Below, in pieces: positions 11,758 to 26,196 of a DNA stretch of 64,000 nt. The DNA lies in NCBI GenBank assembly GCA_020137815.1, contig CM035351.1:1984001-2048000 (forward strand), read 5' to 3'. Below the pieces are notes generated by a model, which saw only the letters and a program-made list of their open reading frames with translations, was not told where the DNA came from and ran no database searches. Each line of letters starts with the position of its first letter. Position 1 is the first letter of the stretch. Made by a program: the position numbers and the translations under genes. The DNA is from Hormiphora californensis. Taxonomy: Eukaryota; Animalia; Ctenophora.

Positions 11758-13098
11758 ATGATATCGATGAATACCACCCACCTCTCTGAAACCTGTCAAT
11801 GGGGCATGTTCCTAATGGCCATCACCGGACCGGCCATCATCCTAAATCTCTCCGTGGTCTTCTCCCTTCTCATCAACATCCGATCTCTCCCCCCGTACAT
11901 GTCTCTAGTACTAAACCTTGCCCTCTCAGACCTTGCCTTCGCGGTAGCAGGCTTTTCAATCCGAGGCCCGGGACTGATCTACCGTGACTTTTATAAGCAG
12001 AGCGGCACCACGGTATTCCTCTGCAAGAGTGCCATGTTTTTCTATCTTCCGGTTATAGTCAGTATTAACACAAGCGTCATGCTGCTGACATACGATCGGA
12101 GGTGTGCCATTAAAACCCCTCTACACCGGGGAATAATGAGATCTAAACGGAAGGTCGCGGAGGCAATCGCCCTATCATGGTTCATGTCCCTGTCAGTTCT
12201 GGTGACCTTGTTAGCTACCGTCCTGGCGGGATTTTCTGGGAACCTATATGATGAACTATTTGGAAGGTGCTCTCTGACTTCTACAACCGGGGGAGAGATC
12301 TTCCACTTTTTCATGTACCTTATCTTTCTCATGATACCTGCGGTGTTTACCCTTGTGTTCTACGCTCAAATTGTGGTGACTCTGTGGGGCTACCGGAAGG
12401 CGATTAAACAACGAGCTCACTTCACAAGGCGGCATTCCCGGGTTTTTGTGCAACAGGAATTGAAACATGTTGGATCGAAGATAAAGAAGAACACCTTTTT
12501 CACGATAACAATAATCCTTGTGTTTTACCACCTCACCCTCTTCCCATCCTTCCTACTCCGGGATTGCCCGATGATGATGTCGCTTATTTTTGGACGGGAT
12601 TTGGAACTTCCCAGTTCCGTTACCATAGGAACGAGCGTTGCGTTCTACCTCTCAACCCTGACAGACCCTATTGTGTATGGCGTTAGGTCACCTCACATTT
12701 TCAAAACTCTAAAGACAATGATATGGTATGTGAGTCGAGATGAGGATGTTAGTGAATTTGAGAGCAGAGTCAGCTGTCAGAGATCTCTGCTCAGTGGGAG
12801 TAGTCTCAGCAGATCGGGGACCCTCCGGTGCCGGTCCCACCCACCTACAACCGCCATGCCCATACGCGCACGTCGGGCGGGGGTCCGGCAAAGGCCCTCC
12901 TCAGCACCATCTGTCTCTACAATCACTGAACTACCCAATCTGGCCATACACCGGGGTAGTATACCGGTGGGGGGAATCGGTGGGTTCGCTCGGACACCCG
13001 ATATTGTCAGTCCTGTGTTTGTCGCCCTCATGCCCGTGCTAACGCGGGTTAGAATCACCCGAATGAAGTTAAAACGAACACAAACTGCTTCATTTTAA
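11758..13098 (+). CDS. Rhodopsin-family (class A) GPCR, single exon
   Basis: Seven hydrophobic segments, LNLALSDL (TM2), YDRR at the DRY position, DPIVY (NPxxY variant), long Ser/Arg-rich tail. Confidence 0.9.
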   Translation: MISMNTTHLSETCQWGMFLMAITGPAIILNLSVVFSLLINIRSLPPYMSLVLNLALSDLAFAVAGFSIRGPGLIYRDFYKQSGTTVFLCKSAMFFYLPVIVSINTSVMLLTYDRRCAIKTPLHRGIMRSKRKVAEAIALSWFMSLSVLVTLLATVLAGFSGNLYDELFGRCSLTSTTGGEIFHFFMYLIFLMIPAVFTLVFYAQIVVTLWGYRKAIKQRAHFTRRHSRVFVQQELKHVGSKIKKNTFFTITIILVFYHLTLFPSFLLRDCPMMMSLIFGRDLELPSSVTIGTSVAFYLSTLTDPIVYGVRSPHIFKTLKTMIWYVSRDEDVSEFESRVSCQRSLLSGSSLSRSGTLRCRSHPPTTAMPIRARRAGVRQRPSSAPSVSTITELPNLAIHRGSIPVGGIGGFARTPDIVSPVFVALMPVLTRVRITRMKLKRTQTASF

Positions 13099-13303
13099 CA
13101 CAACCATGATAAGTTGGGAACTTAATTACGTGACTATAATTATACACACTGGCGTCTGCATTTTACATATAATATATGTGTGTTATGAGAACCGAGTGGG
13201 CCGAGACAATTCTGACATATATTACTGTCTTTATATGTGACTTTTGCATGATAATATTGTTCCCAAAATATAAATACGCGTTTTTAAAATCCCAGAGTTT
13301 TCA

Positions 13304-13590
13304 TTATTTTTCCGCGTCCACCGTGGTTCGCTGATGAGATCGACTAACGTTAGATATCTCGGCTGGTCGGAAGCCATTGCTGGACTTGAGGGATCCCACC
13401 TTTCGGACGCCCAGCTCGCCCTCATGGTTGTTGGATTTGCAGCCCAACATCTGCATGGCATTCGTCTTTAATATTAGGAGTTCCTTCCGGTACTTAGTGT
13501 TCCGTATGATGTAGAGGAGGGGGTTGAAGATGGAGTTCATGTAGATTGTAAAGATCATCATAACCTCCAGGTAGAGATATGCTTGGTTAG
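13304..13590 (-). CDS. C-terminal fragment (TM7 and tail) of a second class A GPCR; upstream part lost in garbled sequence
   Basis: NSIFNPLLYIIRNTKYRKEL = NPxxY plus helix 8. Confidence 0.7.
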
Positions 13591-15510
13591 CCCCACCCGG
13601 GAGGAAGATTTTTTAGGGGGGGGGTGGATGAAGAGGAAAAGGGGAGAGAAGAAGAAAAGAGAGAGAAAAAGAGAAGGGGGGGTGAAGAAAAAGGGTTTTT
13701 AAGGGTTCCGGATCGGAGAGGGGGTTGTTTGGGAGAAAAGGGGATAGCTTTTTTGGCTGCAAACTTGGCTAAAAATTTAGTTTTGGACCCAAAAATGCCC
13801 CGCCTCATTGCTTTTTTTTGTTTTCCTTTTTAAAAAAAAGGGGGTTCAGGGTCTATTTCTTGAAAAAAGATAGCGAGGAAGATAGACCGAGAAAAGTAAG
13901 AGGGAAAGAGAGATAGCCGGGAGGAAATAGAGAGATAGACCGAGAAAATAAAAAAAAGGGTGTCGGGGTAGTTGGGAAAGGACTTTTTTTGTAAGCTTCT
14001 GAATGGGTAGGTACAAAACCCCCCTAATTATACGAACAGTTGTAACTTGCCACTTTGCAGAATTACATTCTAGCTGAGCTGTAGTAGCTCAATTACATGG
14101 CAGAGAGACATGGAGAATTAGATATGAAACAGTATAGAAAGGGAGGGAATGAAGTATTGAACCTACCCCAAATCATTAACTCTAAATTTAACAAAGTCAA
14201 AAAATGTCATCCTTTGAACCCGCCCCACTAGGTAAATAACGGGAAGATGTAGCACAATTAAAAATACAAAAGCCAGGATAATTAGTAGAGTGGTAATTAC
14301 AGCGTTGTTCTTTGCCCCTTTTTCTTTTCCCCTTGTTTCCCTTCTTTTCTCTCATCCCCCTGGAGAAAGAGAGAAGGAAAGAAGGAGGGGAAGAAAGGAT
14401 AGGAGGAGAAGAATAGTTTAAAATTTTTTGAGGAAATTGTGATCATGACTTAAAACCCACCTTTTGATTGCCCCCAATCCAAAAATAAAAGCCGAATTTA
14501 CGTCTAAATTTTGCAACTCTCGGTTGGTTTTTTTTCCCACGGGGGTCCCACAAGCTTTACGTCGCGCTAAAAAGACCACTTTTTTACGACATTACATAGA
14601 ACCCACCCTATCTCCCCTAAATATATCTTGTGATGTGGAATGTTCATGAGAGAGTAGCACATGTGGTAAGCCCCCCCCCCCCATTCCTCCCCCGCCCTTC
14701 CCACAAAAAATAAAAACCCATAGTCTGGTCCCCGAGGGTTTATTGAACGTATCATGGGAGCTCTCTAAAGGGCCCCCCTTCTCTCTCCATTTGAAGTGCG
14801 TAAAAGGTTGTGGGTTTCATATATATATATTGGGCACCACTGTAATTCCCCGTTTTTGATAACTCATTATCAACTACAATATTTTCCCCAAAACCCGTAA
14901 TGTGTCGACAAACCCCCACCTCAAATCAAAGACCCGGGTTTTTAAAAATTTAAAACAGGGTCGTCGGCACCACCCAACAAACGTTATATCTTTGCTTACC
15001 GTTGAATGAGGGCGACTGCCATGTGAGTTGAACAAGCCACGATGATACTGAAGCACAGACAGAATGGTAGGGAGAAGGGAGGAAAAGGCAATTCTTTTCT
15101 CCCCTTTCCAATTATCCTGGGGCGACCTGGGGAGAGGGGAACGGGTTTTTTTCCCTTTTAATGGGAATTGGGGGATTTGGGGTTTTTTTTTTGCCGTTTG
15201 TTGACATGGGGTACCGTACTCCCACTAACCACTCCTATTCCACTCAAAAACCCCCCTTGTAATAAAGAAAAGGGAATGATTCCTAAAGGTAGTCTTGGGG
15301 GGCAGTGAAGAGGTTTTTAGCAAATGGGGCCATTTACTAAAAGCTGAGACACCCTCCTTTGCACATTAAATATAGCTCATTATGACAGTTCTAAAGGAGG
15401 GGTTGGTGCATTTAACCCCCAGACTTTGGTGGTATGATGGCTAGAGATCGTGAGACGTAGTTTATTTCCCCATTAGTGACATTATGTGAGAGGTATACTG
15501 GACCGGAGAA

Positions 15511-15572
<62 letters not shown>

Positions 15573-18500
15573 GGAGCTGGGTATGAGATGGAACCACTGT
15601 GTTACTTCTCGTTAGTATAATAACTCTCTCAATGACCCTACACTGCACACACATCCACCGACTGCCGAGGTGTTTATGATTCTAAACTTAGATAGAACAG
15701 AAAACATATTAGCTCTGAGGCCTAGTTACTGTTTGATGGGTGCCACTGTCATTTAAAGTACACTGGTGACATAAAATTGAGTTCAACTTTCCAATCTCGA
15801 GAGCTAGCTCCAACTTAACCAATAGCTGGGCTTTTTATCTAGAGATATCAAAACCCAATTCTATATTCAATCATTCTCATTTAGAGATATGAAAACCCAA
15901 TTCTTGGATTAATTAGCCGCTAAGGTGGCTGCACTGTTCCCCGGGTTTTTAGAGCTTCAAAAACCAATTTTTTTAAAAATCATTTTCTCTCTAGAGAGGG
16001 GCTAATTTTCTCCCAAAAAATAATTTTAGGTCGTTTCATCTAGGGAATCAAAAAACCAAACAGCTTTAAAAATTTAACACCCTAGAATGGGGTGCTCATG
16101 CTCCTAATCAAAACTACTCCACCATTACACAAATTAGCCATAAATTTTATTTTTCCAAAGAAAAAAGGGGTGGGGACCGCGGGAACCCATGGGCCCAAAA
16201 CCAAAAAACGGCAACTTTGCCCCCGTTAGGGACTGTGTTTTTGGTATTTTATTTGGGGTATATCAACCAAATATCTAAAATTGGGAAAAACAAAAGAGGA
16301 CAGATCATATATTTACAAAAACAAGCTTTTGTTTTTTTTTTTAAATTTTCATCCTCCCCTTCAAAAATTTTTCACCCTTTCCCTGTTTATGTATGAACAG
16401 ATCTAGTAGGCGGGGAAGATACGGGTATTGCCATGACCCCGTTAAAAACTGCACATTACCTGGGAACACGTTTTTCTAGAAATTTTCGGAAAAAAAGGGG
16501 AGTATAGGCATGATGAATGATGATACTCCAGAGAGATTTTAAATTTAATTAACTCGTGCTCTTTAATAAACATGCTCCTGCACTTTTTTTAGACCGGGTT
16601 TCCCTTTTCCCCGCGAACCTACACTCTCCCTTAAAAAAATTCCCCAAAAATTAGCCAAATTTATGGGCAACGGGTTGAATTGAATCACAACCAAAAAACT
16701 CTTTGGGAACCTAGTCTCTCATAAATGATTATTCAAAACGGGGGGGGTGCTATTACGTGTGGGGGGGGGGGGGGGGGGGTGGCTTTACGTACCGGGTCCG
16801 AAATCCAAACCATTCTTGATTGAAATGGCGAAAGGGGGAATCCCAAACCCATTTATATGGTGAGAGTGAGGAAAAAACAAAAAAAGGGGTGTTACCGTTT
16901 CTCTCATGCCGCTTTTTTTTTACCTTTAAAATATCTAAAATGAAATCCAAATTAACTTAAATAAAGAGAGAGGTAAAAAACAGGGGGGAAAAAAAGTGAA
17001 GAGAGAAAACAGAGATCGTAGAGAGAGGGGAAGAGAGGAGAAGGGGAAGGAAGAAAGAAGAGCACTTTTTTTAAAATATAACCCCCTTGAATGCACATAG
17101 CTCATTCAATGTTATTGAACAAGGGGTATGATGAGATTAGAATTTTGTAACGCACTGTCCAACTTATCTTTTCTACAATTGCTTCTCATTAATAGACTCA
17201 CATCAGTTTTTGTTTTTCTCTTAAATAAAACGGAATGAAATTTCACATATAAATCATTTTTTTAGTAACCTATGACGTTTAAACAATTAACAAGATGACG
17301 GGGGGCTCCCGGCCCCGGGTTTACTATCAACATCAAAAAATTTGGGGGTACAGTTCCCCTAACTAAACAAAAGGCGCCCATAAATAGAAAAACGCAGGGG
17401 ATAAAGAAGGGGGGATTCATCCCCAAACAAAAAACAGGGCCCAGTCCCAATTCATCCCATAGTACAAAAGTACCCCAAAACTGTTGATGGGCGACAAACC
17501 TATATAAAGGATAACTACACCACTGTATAGGGAATACCTATAACCGTCGGATCCCGATTTAACCTACCCCTATTTACCGGGAAAACCCCTTCCCTGAGTA
17601 TCCCGGTAGACCGGGGCCCGATTTTTCCACTGTTTACTATCTTATATATTGGGTTTCGTGCATTCCTCTAGCCTTGACTTAGGACACAGACGGCCAGGTA
17701 AAAAAGGGGCCAGAACGTTTTTCCCCGATGGATTAATGGAGATACAGGGGTTTTTTATTGGTAAGTTACCATCTAAAGGGTAATACCAACATCAATTTAG
17801 GAATCAACAAACAAAACCAAACGGTTTTTGGGGTACCTTCAGTTTTTGTGACCCCCTTTGGGACTAAATTGACCAAACCTATAGTAAATTTTTAAATATA
17901 AAAGATTCACTTGAAAATATATTAACTGCACTGCTGCAGGATAAGCTGTGTAAAGAGATTGGTATGGTACAAAATAGCAAAGAGAAAAGAAGACAATAAT
18001 GGTTTGCCCCCCGGAAAGGCCCAAAGACGCAAAAATAAAAAGATCAAAATTCAAACCCCTGTCCACAATCTAACTTGTCTTCTTTCTCCATTTGAAAAAC
18101 CGATCTAAGTCAGATACAACCTTATTATTTATTATTAAAAAAAAAGCATTTATTTTAAAAATCTCCCTCTCTCTCTGAACTATGAAACCCGACTATCCTA
18201 AAAAGCACAAATATTTTAGGCTTGTGTAGTTCAGTAGCTGTCGTCAACCATCTGATGGAATGCACTTTAAGAAGGTTAACACGGACAAATTTATTCCGTA
18301 GGGAACAACAACGGGGGAAGTCAGGGGTGGGAGAAGAGGGGGAGAAGGAGAGAGGGAGGAAGAGAGAGTGAGAGAGAGGAAAAAGAGAGAGAGAGAGGGG
18401 GGGGAAAAGAGAAGGGGGAAGGAAGGGGGGAGGGGGAAGAAAAAAGGGGGGAAGAAGAAAAAAAAGAGAAAGAGAAAAGGGAAAAAAGAAAAGAGAAGGG

Positions 18501-21500
18501 AAGAAGGAGAAAGAGGGAAAAAAATAAAGCACGAAAGCGGAAAACTAACATTACGGGTTTTATGCTAAAAAAGATTACCAAATTATAGGTTCCTGCCCCC
18601 CATTATCCCCCCTGCCTGTGACATGTCACATCCTCAAAATTCAATTTGGGGGGGCGGGAGGGAAAAAAAAAGGGAAGGAAAAAAGGGGGGAAAAAGGGGG
18701 GGGTTTTTTTTTTTTTTGGGGGTTTTTTTTTTTTTTTTGGGGGGGGGGAAAAAATTTTTTTTCCCCCCACTTTTTTTTTTCGCCCCTTTTTTTTTTCCTA
18801 AAACTCTCCGTCAAATATAATATCGTGGCGTAATCAGAGGCAAATTACAGATTATTATAATTCTCCCTTGATCGACTGGATGTTTCTAAAATGGGCTATC
18901 ATTTTGTTTACAGATGAGATATGTTTTTCCATGGAAAATCCACATGAGTTAAGTTATAGCGGAAAATAGTGCAATAAGCTAACTCTTATATTCTACTCAG
19001 ATAGCACCTTAGCTTATTACTATCAACATTCGGTGAGTTGATTAATGAAAATACAATAGCTAATTTCTCTCTCTCCCTCTAACAATCTCATATTTCTCTC
19101 TTTATCTCTCTCTCTTTAAATTTGGGAATCTTTCTCCCCCTTTTCCCTTACGGGCCCATAAATGCGTTTTTTAAATATCAATTTTTATTTTTGCCCGGGA
19201 AATTGGGCATGTTTTTAAAAAACAGCAATTGCATTATTCGAAAGCTTTACAAAAATTGAATCATCGGGCAGGCGGGAAACCTTTTTAAAATACAAAAATT
19301 TTAAATTTGGAGATGTGCCTTTGGGGCGAACAATTTTTAAAAAGACGTCCAACTGCTACCGGGGGAAAAGTTTGACAAACTTAAAATCATCTAGCATGTG
19401 AGCATAACACAAAATTTGGGCAAAATTTCAAATGCGTGGTTTTCCTTGGGACTATATATTTAATAAAATGTGGGACAATGATCCCAAATGGGGAAATTGG
19501 AACTTTTGGGGGGGTAAACAACAATGGGAACGAGGAAGAAGGGGAGATAGAGGAAAAGTAGAGGAAAAATTATAAAGTTTCCCGAGGAAATATCGGGTGT
19601 GAGGCAAATAGATGGGTTGGGGAAAAAAGATAGTAAAAGTTTTTTAGATGGGGGAAAAGGGTTTGTAAATGGGGGTTTTAAAAATTTTTTCCCCCAGTTT
19701 AAAAGGATTTGTGAAAAACCCATTTTTTTGGGTCCCCTTTTCTTTCAGCCCCATGGGTCTCAATCTACTCTCCCCCCCTCTAGCTTACCCTTCCCCAATT
19801 TATCTCTCTCCCCTTCTCCCCTCCCCCTCCCCCTTGTATATATGTTTTTTAAAAATGAAAAAACAGAGAAAATTTTAAAAGGGGTAGAAAAAGAAATGTA
19901 AAGAGAGAGAGAGAGGGGAGGGGAAGAGGAAAGAGAGAGAGAGAGGAGAGAGAGAGAAGGGGAGAGAGAAAGGGGAGAGAGAGGAAAAGGGGAAAACACA
20001 GATAACCCAGTAGGGGGGGAGATGATTTGCGGGAGAACCAAATTAGCTGTGGGGGCCCATTTATTTTCCCAAAAAACCTTTTAGACTGTGGGGCTCGCCC
20101 CTCACATGCAACAAACCCTCTATAACTAAACAATGCATCTAGATGTAAATTAAAAAATTTTTCCCTATTTCCGCAGCGGGGATAAACTAGCTACTCTAGA
20201 CTTTGTATTATTTATAGACTTTTTAAACTAGCAAATAACCCAACCTTTTAAACCCCAGGTTCCTGTCACCCACCCCCCCTTTCAATGTTCCGGGCGTCTG
20301 GGGAAAGCTTTTTCTCATTTAAAGGCCCTTACAAATAAACCAACCGGGCCCGACAAAACAAACATTTTCTGCCTTTCCTCCCTCTTTTTTCTCAAAATTT
20401 TCCTTCTCTTTCTCTCTTCACACTGTTATATCCAGATGATGTAGCTCACTCTCTCGTGATAAACAAAGCATAACACTTAAAAAAACCCCCCGCCACTGCA
20501 GCTGCTGGGCCCCCACTAGGGCCCCCGGGGGAAAAAAGGGTTCCTTAAGATCAAGACTAAAAAAAAAAATCAGCTTAAACAGAAAAAAAAAAGGGAAATT
20601 TTGTAGTTCAGAGTGAAGGAATAAATTTGGCGACCGTGTTGTGGTACAAAAGGTGTTGAAACAAGAGTTACTCGACCTCTCAGAACAATGTCTGCACGGA
20701 GTAGGAAGACACAGAGGGCAGAGTGACTAAGGCGGGAGAAAATGACAAAAATATAGTTAAAGATTAAAAAAGCGGACGGAATCAAATTAAAAATAGCGTC
20801 TGGGATTCCAAAATTTTAAATGTCCTTAAATAATCGTGTTTCGTCGCGAGGGGAAAAAAACAACAGGGGGCTGGAGGGGCGCGTTAAACCCCATAGCCTT
20901 GGGATGCCCAGTTTCTAAAGAGCTAAGTGAACAATTTCTTGGAGAGACGAAGCATATATAATCCGAGATATTAGTTACTGCAGAGACTTGGGGGGGGGGG
21001 GGTCACCATGGAGGACCACCTCCTGGGCAGACAAAATATGGCGAGAGAGGGTTATTTTATATGCACTGTCTACCCCGGATAAATTTAAAGGTAGGGGTTT
21101 AAAACGTCCCTTTAAGGGGGCAAATAATGATACCCCCAATGTTTATTTTGCTGACCACATTTTTATAAATGGTTTGGGTTCCCCCCCTTCCCCTGTCTCT
21201 GTCTTGTCTCTGGGGCTCTGTCTCTGTCTCTGTCCTTTTGTCTCTGGGGCTCAGTCTCTGTCTCTGTCTCTTTCCCCCCGTCTATCTCTTCTCTGGGGGG
21301 CTTCTGGGGCTCTGTCTCTGTCTCTGTCTCTGTCTCTGTCCCCCTCTCCTCTCTCCTCCCCCTTCTCTCTCCCCTCTCTCCCCTCTTTTTCTTTTCCTCA
21401 CTCCTCTCCTTCTCTCTCCCCCGATTTGGTTTTGGTTTTCCCACCCCTCCCCGTAAACCCTCCCTCAAAATGCCTTTTGCTTTCTGTTTTCCCCTTTCCT

Positions 21501-21727
21501 CAGGGCCCCTTTTCTCCCTTCTCTCATCTTTTTAAAATTGATGTAGTCCCAAAAAGAAAATTTTTTCCCACCAAGAAGATTGGTTTTTCCCCGGGGGTTC
21601 TTCCCCCTTATAGATTTAAAATAAACAGGTAACCCCTCTAGCTAAAGGGTTAGCAGTAGGGTTTTAAAAGCGAGGGCTGGGAAACAAAAAGGGTAAAGGG
21701 AGAGGGAAAAAAAAAGAAATTTGGGAG

Positions 21728-21760
<33 letters not shown>

Positions 21761-23957
21761 GGGAGGATAGAGGTAAAATAAGGAGGGGGTTTATGGGGGG
21801 AAAGAGGTGCCCCCTGTCCAAAGGGGTAAATTTTTATAGGTCTTTTCCCATTTGAGGGCCGGTTTTAATCATCAAAAGACCCTATTTTCCCCCTGCAGCA
21901 GCCCCTGTTTGGTTAAAGTAAAGTTTGCCACAGTGCAGTGTTTAAAAATCCCCCGGCAAAAACCTTGGGAAAAATGTTCCAAGGTAGTGCTGTGGATAGC
22001 AGTATAAAGGATAGAGAGGAAACAAAAATTTTAAAGAAAAAGAGATCGAAGAGATAGAATCCAAATCTATGTTGAGTGAGAGAGTGCTCTATCATTTGGA
22101 GATCCTCAGGAGAACGGTACAAAATATTTTATATCGAAGACTGTAGATACGGAGAGAACAACATCGATGCAGGGGTATGTACGATAGACGTTTTGTAATA
22201 ACGATTGCTTGTCATGTAGTCGTTATAGGGACCCAGGGGGTGGGAAAGTAGGGGAAAAGGACGCGGGGTTGGTTTTTCCCAATACGGAATAGGAAAAACA
22301 CTTGGGTGGGAAGGGGAAGAATACGAAAGGAAAAAACCAATAAAATACAATGAAAAGAAGAATGAAAACTTTAGCACAGAGAACCACCACGTGTGAACTC
22401 AACAAATGACTATGCAGAATTCCAAGGAATGGGGCAGGGGAACTGAACCGGGGGTATTTTCCTCATATTTGCCTTTTGGGCCCGGGGCAAATATGAGGAA
22501 AAATGTTGGGTGGAAAAAAAAGGATTGTGAGGAAAGTAAAGGGGAAGAAGAGGAGAGATACGAAAAAAAAAGAAAAGGAAGAAGAGAGAGAGAGAGAGAA
22601 GAGAGAGAAGGGGAAGAGAGAAGAAAAAAGGAGCGATATTTGCTAATGAAAAAGCTCAACAGCATTATTTTTAAGGGGGGGAAGTGGTTTTTTATTTTTT
22701 TTAAAGGGGCCCTAAATTGGGGGGGGGGGGGGTGGCATTTTTTTTTTTTTCTGCCACTGGGGGGCCGATGGGAGGGGGGCTGGTGGGGAGTTTTTTTGGG
22801 GGAATCCCCTCCAAATAATTTTATGCTTCTGGGGGGGAGATAGGGGGGGGAGGGGGTCGTGGAAGGAGGAAAGGGGGGAAAGGGTTCTTCGCGATAGAAC
22901 GCTTGATAAAATACAAAATGTTATCATATTGTGACCAGATGAACTATCATATTGTTACTAGTTATTGTGTAAAGGGAGGCGGCGCATGAATTAAAAGTGC
23001 TACCAAAAGTTTTTGATGTTTGGCCAACCCCGTAGATATTTGGTGTGTCAGGGTAGCGAAAAGGGGCGCGACTCCCATTTGTATACAACCATAAACAAAA
23101 CATTCCAAGAAACGCTAGAAGGCAAAAAACATATTGGTAAAACAATTTAACATTCTCTTCTTTCCCCTTTTTTCTCAGATAAAAATTCGGGGGAACTCAC
23201 TTGTAGTACGTAGGGGGATCCCATCAAATTTTGTACTTGCCAAATGAACCCCCCATTAATACATGTTGATGTACCAATCTCAGTGATTGAAAAAGGAAAA
23301 AAAAGGGGGGGGGGGGGGGAAACTATAATCCCCCTCTGTTTTTTTCTTGAACTCCTCGATCCCCACACCAGCGGGGTTCTAATTTAAAGAAGAAAGAAAG
23401 ATTTGAGCTTAAAAAAGGAGGTACTGCAATCTCATCAAGAGGTCTATTTTTGCTGTAGTTCCACCTACTCCAACCATATCAATGGGTTTTCCCTAATGAA
23501 TGAGAGCAAAATTAGTCAAAAAGATCCTGGAAAAGAGCCCCAGTTCCATGATTAGATTGGGGCATTAGAGTAATGAAAGAAAGAAAAGATCAAAAAAACA
23601 TCTGATCTTAGCCCTCCAAGAAAGAAAAAGTGAGTGATAAATAATACGCCCGGGACTAACTTATAGGGGACTTAACTACTGAGACAGCTACTGAGACAAT
23701 ATTTGTGCAACATATATTTACGCTCATCAAGAAAACAATTAGTAAGATAGTAGCTGTCCATAATATACAACAACTGGGGGAGGGGGACTGAGGAGTTGAA
23801 TGCTGGCACCCCGGCAAAACAGCATTTGTTTTTCATTTCTCTCACCTTGCCCAACTTTTATGTTCATAAACCCCCCCGGACCCTTTTCCCGTCCTTTTCC
23901 CCGGTTCCCTTCTCCCCACCATAAATTTTAAAAAAATCCCCCCTTTTTTCTTTTCGG

Positions 23958-24905
23958 GAACAATGTTACAGTGTACGTGATATATGGGCAAAGTGAAACA
24001 ATGTTACAGTGTACGTGCTATATAGGCCAAAGTGGAAACAATTTACAGTGTACGTGCTATATGGAGCAAAGTGGAACAATGTACAGTGTACGTTCTATAT
24101 GAGGCAAAGTGGAACAATGTTACAGTGTACGTGCTATATGAGCAAAGTGGAACAATGTACAGTGTACGTGCTATATGAGGCAAAGTGGAACAATGTACAG
24201 TGTTACGTGCTATATGAGGTCCCCCCCCCCCAAGTGGGGAACAAAATGTACAGGTAACGTGCTATATGAGGCAAAGTGGTGAACAAGTACGTGTACGTGC
24301 TATATGAGGCAAAGTGGAACAATGTACAGTGTACGTGCTATATGAGGCAAAGTGGAACAATGTACAGTGTACGTGCTATATGAGGCAAAGTGGAACAATG
24401 TACAGTGTACGTGCTATATGAGGCAAAGTGGAACAATGTACAGTGTACGTGCTATATGAGGCAAAGTGGAACAATGTACAGTGTACGTGCTATATGAGGC
24501 AAAGTGGAACAATGTACAGTGTACGTGCTATATGAGGCAAAGTGGAACAATGTACAGTGTACGTGCTATATGAGGCAAAGTGGAACAATGTACAGTGTAC
24601 GTGCTATATGAGGCAAAGTGGAACAATGTACAGTGTACGTGCTATATGAGGCAAAGTGGAACAATGTACAGTGTACGTGCTATATGAGGCAAAGTGGAAC
24701 AATGTACAGTGTACGTGCTATATGAGGCAAAGTGGAACAATGTACAGTGTACGTGCTATATGAGGCAAAGTGGAACAATGTACAGTGTACGTGCTATATG
24801 AGCAACATGTACAGTGTACGTGCTATATGAGGCAAAGTGGAACAATGTACAGTGTACGTACTATATGAGGCAAAGTGGAACAATGTACAGTGTACGTGCT
24901 ATATT
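23958..24905. repeat. 38-bp satellite, about 25 copies
   Basis: Unit gaggcaaagtggaacaatgtacagtgtacgtgctatat in head-to-tail array with no spacers. Confidence 0.97.
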
Positions 24906-25334
24906 GTAGAAGGAAGGATAAGAACCATGCATTGAGCTGCCAAACACTGGTGTTTGGTAAACAGTGTGCTTTTCATTTCTTTCAGTTTATATTGAGCTAT
25001 AGTGTCTTTAAAAGTGGACCCTCAGTCGAATACAGCACATTTATTTTATACTCCGAGCTGTTACTGTGTTACTAATAGTAACTTACTGTGTACTACATAC
25101 TTAGTTGTGCTTTAATCGTAAAAGAAGGTTAAGTTGTTACATTTAGTTCACCTGTTCAAACTGAAGTTTCAAATTTGTACTGTAATTTTACAATCGGTGT
25201 ACGGATACCTTGCCTTGTTCGACCCTCCTTGAACAATACAACGGATAACTATTTCACTAAGACATCAATTAATAAAAATATATATATAATGGGCGATTCA
25301 TAGAATTTTGAAATGACAAAAGAACCAAAATCAT

Positions 25335-26196
25335 TCATAATCTCATTTTAAACTTGCAAACTTTAGGCACATTCCGAATAGTAAGGGATACCCTCGTTTC
25401 TCTCTCCACAACATCACCAATTTCTAACTTTCTCTGGCACACGTCCAAATTTACAACAGTTTCGTCAATTACATCCTCTTTAACTTCATCAATCCTATGT
25501 AACCAACTCTCATAAACCTCCCCCGTCTGAACCAACAAGCTACCCTTCTCCAGGAACAGCGAAAACTCTCTATCATTGTCTCGAGTTGAAAACCGGATGA
25601 TACAGGATGATCCTAGATTCAGGGTCGTGATGAGGGGAGTAAAGAGGGGACCATCTACATGTGCCATTATCCCTTGACCAGGGAGGTATTCATTGATTAG
25701 CACGTGGTTGATGGGAGTTGAGAAGAGACCCCGGGATTCCAGGGATGTGCAGTGGGCTTGCAGCCAGGGTGGTAGTTTCTCCGTCACCATACCTGGGGGG
25801 GAGAGGGTTGGGCGTCACACACAAACATACACTCACAAACATACACTCACAAACACACACTCACAGACACACACAAACATGGAGACTGGGTTTATGTACA
25901 CCAAATAGGCTTGAAATTGAAAAAAACTGCAGAACCAAGGTAATAGTCGAGCTAAGACTATAAGATGGTACATTGTGATAACACTAACCTTTTGGATCAG
26001 GTAAACCGCCCCAATTTTGTAATCTCCTATTTTTCAGGACCTTCCATTTTGGTTTAGGGGCGCTGTAAACACGATTCCAAAGATCTTCCTGCTCGTCCTT
26101 CGTCAGGTAGTTTGGAATGTAATAGACAGTATCGGGCAGCGAGGATAGTTTATAGTGGGAGTAGGTACTGGCAAAGGTATCTGATATCAGTGTCAT
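25335..26196 (-). CDS. ALKBH6: AlkB homolog 6, Fe(II)/2-oxoglutarate dioxygenase (exons 26196-25989, 25792-25335)
   Basis: YYIPNYL, RRLQNWGG, NHVLINEYLPGQGIMAHVDGP, HRID and RVSLTIR motifs; in-frame phase-1 GT-AG intron. Confidence 0.93.

Noticed and set aside
13590-23950. Many short F/K/G/P-rich ORFs
   Set aside because: Sequence is dominated by inflated homopolymers typical of unpolished or low-coverage reads; the ORFs are artefacts and any real genes here cannot be read.
23958-24905. CRISPR-like 38-bp repeat array
   Set aside because: Units are contiguous with no unique spacers, there are no cas genes, and the context is eukaryotic.
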